Notes under the pieces: model-generated
Database searches by the model: none
Told to the model about the DNA's origin: nothing
The model's input: the letters and a program-made list of their open reading frames with translations, nothing else
Shown here: positions 57,867 to 64,000 of the stretch, piece by piece
Layout: every line of letters begins with the position of its first letter
Numbering within the stretch: position 1 is the first letter of the stretch
Made by a program: the position numbers and the translations under genes
NCBI GenBank assembly: GCA_963169855.1
Contig: CAUJCN010000002.1
Location: 5,508 to 69,507 of the forward strand
Direction of reading: 5' to 3'
Length of the DNA: 64,000 bases
Origin: Patescibacteria group bacterium
Lineage (GTDB): Bacteria > Patescibacteriota > Dojkabacteria > J137

Positions 57867-58354
57867 TATTCTCCTCTATACGCTCTCTCAAGCTCCGCCA
57901 AATCTAACTTCCCAGTCATCTTCAACATCGCTGCACTAACTCTATCCGCTTTTACAGGATCTGGATCGCGCATCATTACGTCCAAACTTTCTGGAGCGAT
58001 TTGCCAAGTTAAACCAAATCTATCTGTTAACCAACCGCAAGAAATTACAGTCCCACCTTCAGATAACGCATCCCAAAGCTTATCAATCTCTTCTTGAGTT
58101 TTACATGTTACTAATATAGATGTAGCTTCGTTAAGTTTGTAGTAAGAACCACCGTTCAATGCAGCAAAGTTTTGTCCATTCAGTTCGAAATCAATTGCTG
58201 ATAAATCACCAGCTTTTTTTCCAGACATTTCTGCCACTGATTCTGTCATGTAGGTTTTATTTAGAATTTTTGCATCTTCGAAAAGCGATACGTATAGATT
58301 TACAGCTTCTTCTGCTTGGTTGTCAAACCAAAAGAAAGTTACTAATTTCTTCAT
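57866..58354 (-). CDS. VOC-superfamily protein, PhnB/3-demethylubiquinone-9 3-methyltransferase-domain type
   Basis: N-terminal FFWFDNQAEEAVNLYVSLF is typical of the PF06983 family. Local GC content looks higher than the surroundings (estimated by eye, not computed). Confidence 0.62.
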   Translation of the reverse strand: MKKLVTFFWFDNQAEEAVNLYVSLFEDAKILNKTYMTESVAEMSGKKAGDLSAIDFELNGQNFAALNGGSYYKLNEATSILVTCKTQEEIDKLWDALSEGGTVISCGWLTDRFGLTWQIAPESLDVMMRDPDPVKADRVSAAMLKMTGKLDLAELERAYRGE

Positions 58355-58419
58355 ATTTAAATTGATAATTACTAAGATAGGATTACCTTAAGTTTATCTA
58401 ATCAACTGAATAAACTCAA

Positions 58420-58962
58420 CTAAGAGCCATTTTGCGCGTTCACTTCCTTATTAAATTCTGAAACTAAATTAATTCTAACTTTGCTTACGTCTATTCTCCT
58501 AGGCAATTCTGGCAAGTTATCAGGTAATACGAAATCGTTCGCTACATAAGCCAATGTTAAATGGGGTCTGAATTCTCTAATTTTAAAGTTCGGATCGTCA
58601 TTTAGTACATATTCTTCAATACTACTTAAAAGTTCATGAAGCTTACCATTGCTATCTAAGACTTCAACAATTAAAACTTTGTATAGATTTTCGTAACCAT
58701 CAATGTATGAAAGTTTACCTAGTTCTAGATCTTCAACTGTATTCTGACTTAGAACTTCGATAAGTTTTGCATCTAGTCTGTGATCAACATTTAACCCAAA
58801 GAATACTGTACAGTGAAGTGTTTTGGACATATTACCTCTAATATGTTCAACAACTGGCGAATAGTAAAACTGTTCCTTCGAAATAATGCTATTCAAGAAT
58901 TTATCAAAAGTATCTATTGTTTTCTGCGTAAATCTTAATTCTACAAATGCATGATCGTTCAT
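58420..58962 (-). CDS. LigT-like 2H phosphoesterase-family protein with both H-x-T-x motifs intact
   Basis: LHCTVFFGL and PHLTLAYV are spaced about 85 aa apart; paralog of 15529-16020. Confidence 0.55.
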   Translation of the reverse strand: MNDHAFVELRFTQKTIDTFDKFLNSIISKEQFYYSPVVEHIRGNMSKTLHCTVFFGLNVDHRLDAKLIEVLSQNTVEDLELGKLSYIDGYENLYKVLIVEVLDSNGKLHELLSSIEEYVLNDDPNFKIREFRPHLTLAYVANDFVLPDNLPELPRRIDVSKVRINLVSEFNKEVNAQNGS

Positions 58963-59042
58963 GATCTTTGAGTTACAAATAAATTTTGCTGATAGATAAT
59001 GATTATACTAAGTTTAGAGAATTGATTTCAAAATAACTCAAT

Positions 59043-59073
59043 AAAAAAGCACTCCGGGTAGAGTGCTCTTTTT
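59043..59073. terminator. Bidirectional rho-independent terminator
   Basis: AAAAAA-gcactc-cgggta-gagtgc-tcTTTTT. Confidence 0.6.
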
Positions 59074-59173
59074 GACCCTACGGTACGAAAATACAAACCG
59101 TATTTGTGATGAGATTAAGTCCGTCCTACAATGGTTTCAAGGCATAGGACTCAATCTTAATCAGTCTACGTTT

Positions 59174-59386
59174 TCACTTAGTTTTAGCTAAGTTATTCGA
59201 TTCTAGCTTAGTAAAAAGTTTTGAAACTTTATCAATATTTTTGGGATTGGCGTCTTTGATCTTCAGGTATTCGTCAATAAATATATCTGCTAGAGACTCT
59301 ACAAATGCAATTATATCTTCAACTTCGTCATCAGTATAATTTTCCTTACTAAGAGAGAGCCTCTTCCTCGTTTCTTCAATTTTCAT
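59174..59386 (-). CDS. Small acidic protein (about 70 aa) translationally coupled to the LeuRS paralog
   Basis: The ATG overlaps the LeuRS-like stop (ATGAAAATTGA). The longer 59467 start would overlap the upstream gene by 92 nt in another frame. Confidence 0.35.
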   Translation of the reverse strand: MKIEETRKRLSLSKENYTDDEVEDIIAFVESLADIFIDEYLKIKDANPKNIDKVSKLFTKLESNNLAKTK

Positions 59387-61067
59387 ATTTTTTCGGGAAA
59401 TTGACCTGATGAACTGAGAAGTCGTTCCCCATCTGACTCCACATCTCTTCTGTAATAAATGGGACAAATGGCGCTAACAATTTTGTAAAGACTTCCCAAA
59501 CTTCTTTGCTTATATTCTTTTTCTCTTTATATCTATTATTAACGAAAACCATTAATTTACTTAAAGCAACATTATATTTCATTTGTTTAATATTTTGCTC
59601 TGTTTCTTCTATCAATTTATTTATCTCATTCTTTATATCTTCAATCGTCAATGTCTCGTTATAAGATTTAGAAATGACTCTTTCTTGGAACAATCTCCAA
59701 AATCGATCTCGGAAACGCTTTACACCGGAAATATTTTCTTCACTCCATTTAGAAATATCTCCATACGGCGTTATAAATTGAACTGACAACCTCAATAAGT
59801 CACCTCCGTACTTTTCTAACAACTCATTTGTTTCTGGTGCATTTCCCAACCTTTTTGAAAACTTAACTCCAGATTTATCTACTAATAATCCCACAGGTGT
59901 ATATTTGGGGAAAGGTTCATCAAATGGAATCAACCCTAAATCATAGAAAACTTTGGTAATAAATCTTGCATAAACTAAATGTGCTGTTAAGTGTTCAATC
60001 GTACCTGCATAATGATCTACATTCTGCCAATATTCTAACGAATCTTGCGATGCAAATTTGTTTTGGTTATGTGGGTCAGTAAATCTAAATTGATACCACG
60101 AAGAACTTACAAAAGTATCCATTGTATCTGTTTCCCGCTTCGCTTTCCCACCACAAGAAGGACAGGTTGTATTTACAAAATCAGCATTTGACTCCAAAGG
60201 AGCTGTACCATCTGTGAAGTATTGGACTTCGTATGGTAATTCAACAGGTAATTTATCTTCCGAAATCGGTTGTTCGCCACATTTATCACAATATACTATT
60301 GGGATTGGTGTTCCCCAATAACGTTGTCTTGATATACACCAATCATGAACGTGCGGAATGAATTGACCTTCTTTGTTTCTTCTTCCAATCCATGTTTTAT
60401 GTGTATTTAAGTGCTTCTCTTCCCAATCTAATTTTTCGCAGTCTTCATACATTCGTTCAGCATAATCTGATACTTTAAAGAACCATTGCTCTAATTCTTT
60501 TTCCTCCACTTTTGACCCACAACGTTCACACTCATCTTCATTAATTACCTGTTCTTTTGATAATACGGTTTTATCCTCTGGACACCATTTAACTGAGGAT
60601 TTCTTTTTGTAAGCCAACCCATGCTTGTACAATTGCAAAAATAACCATTGAGTCCATCTGTAATATTCTGGTTCAGAGGTATTTATTTCGGTATTCCACG
60701 CATGGCTCAAACCTGCAGATTGATATTGATGAACAAAGTTTGATTTATTCTCATCCGTAATATCTCTAGGGTGTCTACCTGATTTCATTGCAAAGTTTTC
60801 TGCTGGCAATCCAAATGTATCCCATCCAGTTGGATATAAGACATTAAACCCTTTCGTCCTCTTATACCGTACTTGAATATCTATCCCTCCAAAACTTTTA
60901 TAATGTCCTATCGTGACTCCTTTACCAGATGGATAGACAAAAGTGTCTAAAGCATAAAATTTAGGCTTAGTAGAGACTATTTCTGTATCGTAGATCTTTT
61001 CCTTAAACCACTTGTTTTTCCATTTTTCCTCGACTGACTTGTGGTCGTATGCGTTGTTTTCTTCCAT
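59376..61067 (-). CDS. Leucyl-tRNA synthetase paralog that precisely lacks the CP1 editing domain and the C-terminal domain; variant signature motifs TIGH and KFSKR
   Basis: 563 aa that aligns to the canonical LeuRS across the catalytic core (YPSGKGVTIGH...PTGWDTFGLPAEN...WCPEDKTVLSKEQV...CERCGSKVE). HTKTWIGRRNKEGQFIPHVHDWCISRQRYWG joins directly where the canonical copy carries about 190 aa of CP1. It ends at the point equivalent to SIHLQSWP. Extra CxxC pairs are present (CDKCGEQP, CPSCGG). Confidence 0.85.
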   Translation of the reverse strand: MEENNAYDHKSVEEKWKNKWFKEKIYDTEIVSTKPKFYALDTFVYPSGKGVTIGHYKSFGGIDIQVRYKRTKGFNVLYPTGWDTFGLPAENFAMKSGRHPRDITDENKSNFVHQYQSAGLSHAWNTEINTSEPEYYRWTQWLFLQLYKHGLAYKKKSSVKWCPEDKTVLSKEQVINEDECERCGSKVEEKELEQWFFKVSDYAERMYEDCEKLDWEEKHLNTHKTWIGRRNKEGQFIPHVHDWCISRQRYWGTPIPIVYCDKCGEQPISEDKLPVELPYEVQYFTDGTAPLESNADFVNTTCPSCGGKAKRETDTMDTFVSSSWYQFRFTDPHNQNKFASQDSLEYWQNVDHYAGTIEHLTAHLVYARFITKVFYDLGLIPFDEPFPKYTPVGLLVDKSGVKFSKRLGNAPETNELLEKYGGDLLRLSVQFITPYGDISKWSEENISGVKRFRDRFWRLFQERVISKSYNETLTIEDIKNEINKLIEETEQNIKQMKYNVALSKLMVFVNNRYKEKKNISKEVWEVFTKLLAPFVPFITEEMWSQMGNDFSVHQVNFPKKYEN

Positions 61068-61084
61068 AATTCTATTTATATAAT

Positions 61085-61335
61085 AAATAAAAAATCCCTC
61101 GTTGTCAGATACAAAAAGTAACTAACAACGAGGGACGTTATATCTATGATTATGGGTAACGCGGTACCACCCTCATTTATAAATAGATTGCTCTATCTAT
61201 ACACTTTGTGCCACTCTTATCTTTACAAAGAGACATGGCTTTGGTTTACGATTACGGGACCTTCCGTCTGGCTCTACTCTCCCAAATATTTTGAGATTTC
61301 TTCCAGCCCCATCGCCGGCTAGGAATCCATTTATT
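61085..61335 (-). promoter_or_regulatory. T-box riboswitch leader (probable leucine specifier) controlling the LeuRS paralog
   Basis: Minus strand carries AGGGTGGTACCGCG (plus 61160-61173), terminator CCCTCGTTGT...ACAACGAGGG plus ATTTTTT (plus 61089-61134) immediately 5' of the ATG, and a candidate specifier AAUCUCAAAA (CUC = Leu; plus 61293-61295). Confidence 0.75.
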
Positions 61336-61588
61336 CGATATATTCAATGGCGCTCCGGGTCATCGGGTTTATAAATTGTAAATTAATTATATCATTAAAC
61401 TATACTTTTGTTCAATTTGAAGTAGTACGAAGGAATTACACTTTTATGCAAATTTATTTTGTTAGATTAGAAAAAGTTGAGCATACTTATCGGCTGAATG
61501 ATTACATATAGGAACAAGATAAAGAGGTATGTAGATTTGAAGTTGAAAACTTTTATGATATCTATATCGTGATATATATTACATAAAA

Positions 61589-61660
61589 TGACCTCACGGA
61601 GAATCGAACTCCGATTGACAGATTGAAAATCTGTTGTCCTAACCGTTAGACGATGAGGCC
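61589..61660 (-). tRNA. tRNA-Glu (anticodon UUC)
   Basis: Minus strand GGCCTCATCGTCTAACGGTTAGGACAACAGATTTTCAATCTGTCAATCGGAGTTCGATTCTCCGTGAGGTCA folds as a cloverleaf with anticodon loop TTTTCAA and T-loop TTCGATT. CCA is not encoded. Confidence 0.82.
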
Positions 61661-61834
61661 ACAAGCCAGCAAAGCTGGAAATTCAAAATTCTAAGATTTA
61701 AAATTCGAAAATGAAAATCTTAAAAAATTCTACAAACCTTAGCTGAAAAATCAAAAGATTAATGATACAAGGATCAAAAACCATAATGAATCAGCAAAAA
61801 TTGCTCGTAATTATATAATTTTAGCCTATAATAT

Positions 61835-62578
61835 TCAATCTCTGGAGGCGAGGAATTTTAAGATTCCTCCAGCTAAGATAGAAGCTGTTTCTGCTCTTAA
61901 AACGGTAGAACCCAATGTATAAGGTTTAAGTTTAAGCGTATTAGTCAAATAATCATGTTCCGAAGGAGAAAACCCACCTTCCGGACCAATTATAAATGCA
62001 ATTTTCTTAGATTTAATCGAATCTGGAAGCTTTAAAGTCTCCAACCCATCTTTGTTCAAAGTAAACAAAAAGATCTCTTCTAGACCCTCTAAAAGCTCAG
62101 AATTTAGCTCTTTAAGTTTAATGGAAGAAGTAACTTCTGGAAGATCCATTCTTTCTGATTGTTTTGCTGCGCTTCTTGCAATTTTGTTCCATCTATCAAC
62201 TTTTTTATCCGCAACATCACCTTTCATTTGAGAATATTCACACTCGACAGGAATAATCTGAGTGATTCCAATTTCTACTGCTTTTTCAACAATCAAGTCG
62301 AACATTCCACCTTTCAAAAGTCCTTGGAACAGAATCAAGCTCATAGTATCTGCAGAGTCCACAGATCTAAGAATTTCTGTTACTTCTGCAGTCACGAATT
62401 CTTTTGTAACTAGTTTTAAAGTAGCAGCATATTCTTTTTCTCCATTGAATAGAATGATCTTATCCTCAGCTTGAAGTCTGAGCACTTTTCTAATGTGCTC
62501 AGTATCTTCATCCTGAAGTTTTACAGATGATCCGACTGCAATATTCTTTCTTTCTGTAAAGAATCTATTTAATCTCAT
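61835..62578 (-). CDS. rsmE: 16S rRNA (uracil1498-N3)-methyltransferase RsmE
   Basis: MRLNRFF start, a PUA-like N-domain and a C-terminal SPOUT motif region (IGPEGGFSPSE...LGSTVLRAETA). Confidence 0.78.
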   Translation of the reverse strand: MRLNRFFTERKNIAVGSSVKLQDEDTEHIRKVLRLQAEDKIILFNGEKEYAATLKLVTKEFVTAEVTEILRSVDSADTMSLILFQGLLKGGMFDLIVEKAVEIGITQIIPVECEYSQMKGDVADKKVDRWNKIARSAAKQSERMDLPEVTSSIKLKELNSELLEGLEEIFLFTLNKDGLETLKLPDSIKSKKIAFIIGPEGGFSPSEHDYLTNTLKLKPYTLGSTVLRAETASILAGGILKFLASRD

Positions 62579-63180
62579 TATTCTCCGTGAATTGCTGTAA
62601 ATAATTCTTTACTGTATGCCTCAAATTTTCCTTGTTCTCTAGCGGACTCTACTGCATAAGCATAAGTTGTAGATGAGGCTCTTAAGAATGGTAATTGTTT
62701 AACATCGACATCTGCATAATCAGCTAACTCAGTTTGAATTTGTTCTACTACAGACTCGAATTCAAAACAGTGAGGACAGTTGTAATCAATAAATACTTCC
62801 ATGTAAACTGGGAACTTTACTGAATCATCAGTTGCTGCTTCAGCTTTAACAACTTCTAGATCAGCTTTAATCTGAGCAAATTCTCGTAAGTTATACAACT
62901 CGCTATTAACAAAAACAGCTGGAGTACTTGCAGCACCTCCTAGTCTTTCTGTTCCATCTGCAGCTTGAGAAGCAACTCTATTGTGGATTTCCTCTGAATC
63001 GATATCTGTCTTAAATTTTTCGATGTCTAATCCTTGGTTCCTTGCTATATCAAAAACATTGACAACTTCTCTGTACTTAGCCTCTATATTGCTGTTTTTG
63101 CTTGCAATTAATAACAGTAAAACGCCGAATCCAATAACGATTGTTCCAATAATCGCTAACTGGGAAAAAGTGATCTTCAT
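62578..63180 (-). CDS. DsbA-like thiol:disulfide oxidoreductase, membrane-anchored
   Basis: N-terminal TM anchor and a CPHC active-site motif in a thioredoxin-like context. The stop overlaps the rsmE start (TAATG). Confidence 0.68.
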   Translation of the reverse strand: MKITFSQLAIIGTIVIGFGVLLLLIASKNSNIEAKYREVVNVFDIARNQGLDIEKFKTDIDSEEIHNRVASQAADGTERLGGAASTPAVFVNSELYNLREFAQIKADLEVVKAEAATDDSVKFPVYMEVFIDYNCPHCFEFESVVEQIQTELADYADVDVKQLPFLRASSTTYAYAVESAREQGKFEAYSKELFTAIHGE

Positions 63181-63208
63181 AGTTAGTTAATAATAATTAA
63201 TTTTTATT

Positions 63209-64000
63209 TTAGATTTCTACAAAGTATTCTACTAAATAATCGAGTCCGAGTTCATTGACTGCTTGCTCAAAACTAATCGAATTTATCCTTGCGAATTCTA
63301 TAATCTGATTATTCAATTTTAAGAGTAAGCCGCTGTTCTTTGCAACTATTTCTTTAATTCTTTTCAAGACCTTATCTATAATACCCTCATTCAAAGGTAA
63401 TCTTACAGGAGAATGCAAAAGTTCTGGATGCTCCAAAGGATCCATCCCAAGAAATTTCCATCCCAATCTTGGGAACAGCTCTGTAATCTCATCCCATCTG
63501 TATCTTAATTTTCTATCTATTGCTTCCGAATCTAGTAGATACACTCCACCCTGTTCAATGTCGAAATTCCCATTTTCATCGTATTTGAATACATCCGCTG
63601 TAGCTAGTTTCCACAGGATAGTTTCGAAATCCAGACTCTCGGATTCGTCGTCTTCAATCATTGATTCCATTTCTTCGAAAGTCACATTTGGTAAGAAGGA
63701 AATCAAATCATCGACAATTCCGCTGTAGCCACTTCTGAAAGTTGTATAAGGATATATCTTTCTTAACTTTAATTCCGTGATCATATCTGTTAAAGCTTCG
63801 TCGATTATCTTATGCCCAGGAATTGCTAATCCCATGTGTAAAGATTCGTGATACAAAATGTGAGCTAGTGCTTCTTCTGAATAATTTACTGCCTTTACAG
63901 GATCAATCCAAACAACATCTAGACCTGGTACATAACATGCAGGTACACTGTTTTCTGGTATGATTTGAAACTTAAATTTCTTTGTATCAGGATTTATTCC
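63209..64000 (-). CDS. HExxH motif protein (putative zinc metallopeptidase-like); N-terminus lies beyond the window
   Basis: The reading frame is open from the window edge (...VNYSEEALAHILYHESLHMGLAIPGHK...). The table's 63856 start is a TTG inside this longer frame. The motif is HESLH. Confidence 0.45.
   Translation of the reverse strand, partial: GINPDTKKFKFQIIPENSVPACYVPGLDVVWIDPVKAVNYSEEALAHILYHESLHMGLAIPGHKIIDEALTDMITELKLRKIYPYTTFRSGYSGIVDDLISFLPNVTFEEMESMIEDDESESLDFETILWKLATADVFKYDENGNFDIEQGGVYLLDSEAIDRKLRYRWDEITELFPRLGWKFLGMDPLEHPELLHSPVRLPLNEGIIDKVLKRIKEIVAKNSGLLLKLNNQIIEFARINSISFEQAVNELGLDYLVEYFVEI

Noticed and set aside
59387-59467. Longer version of the small ORF downstream of the LeuRS paralog
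   Set aside because: It would overlap the LeuRS paralog by 92 nt in another frame. The internal ATG, which overlaps the stop codon, fits translational coupling.
1-64000. Alternative genetic code (UGA recoding as in Gracilibacteria/Absconditabacteria, suggested by low GC)
   Set aside because: Kilobase-scale ORFs are uninterrupted under the standard code and several end in TGA with the next gene's ATG overlapping, so TGA functions as a stop.
1-64000. Mobile elements, prophage or defence islands
   Set aside because: No transposase, integrase, recombinase, phage structural, restriction-modification or cas-like motifs were recognised in any frame.

Overview
This is a low-GC (about one third G+C), gene-dense bacterial chromosomal segment read with the standard genetic code. 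Evidence for the code: ORFs are long and uninterrupted and TGA is used as a stop. Adjacent genes commonly overlap stop and start (ATGA or TAATG), and there are few Shine-Dalgarno-like sequences, consistent with a reduced-genome Gram-positive-type or CPR-like organism (inference).

The window is dominated by housekeeping genes: secA, clpC-like, ychF, ppa, glyQS-type GlyRS, two leucyl-tRNA synthetase genes, asnS, gatA, pheA, radA, mutS, recX, rsmE and mraY. RNA features are an RNase P RNA, tRNA-Asn(GUU), tRNA-Glu(UUC) and two T-box riboswitch leaders (one before the GlyRS gene, one before the second LeuRS gene). No CRISPR array, transposase, integrase or phage genes were seen.

The most unusual content is:
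- a T-box-controlled LeuRS paralog that precisely lacks the CP1 editing domain and the C-terminal domain, next to a canonical leuS;
- a 1713-aa membrane-anchored multi-domain cell-wall hydrolase (glycosidase-like, lysozyme-like and two M23 peptidase modules) translationally coupled to a small membrane protein;
- a cell-surface glycopolymer operon (mraY-like, GT2, acyltransferase-3 fusion, large surface protein with a C39-like peptidase domain);
- a tightly coupled hypothetical/GT4/LmbE-deacetylase operon reminiscent of bacillithiol or mycothiol-type biosynthesis;
- a 3-methyladenine DNA glycosylase gene broken in an A5 homopolymer;
- a duplicated secA 3' end at the window edge;
- tandem promoter-like repeats upstream of rnpB.

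The supplied ORF table evidently allows TTG/GTG starts; where I checked the nucleotides I give the likelier ATG start. Coordinates of RNA features were placed by hand and may be off by 1-2 nt. All domain calls rest on motifs read by eye; no searches were run.
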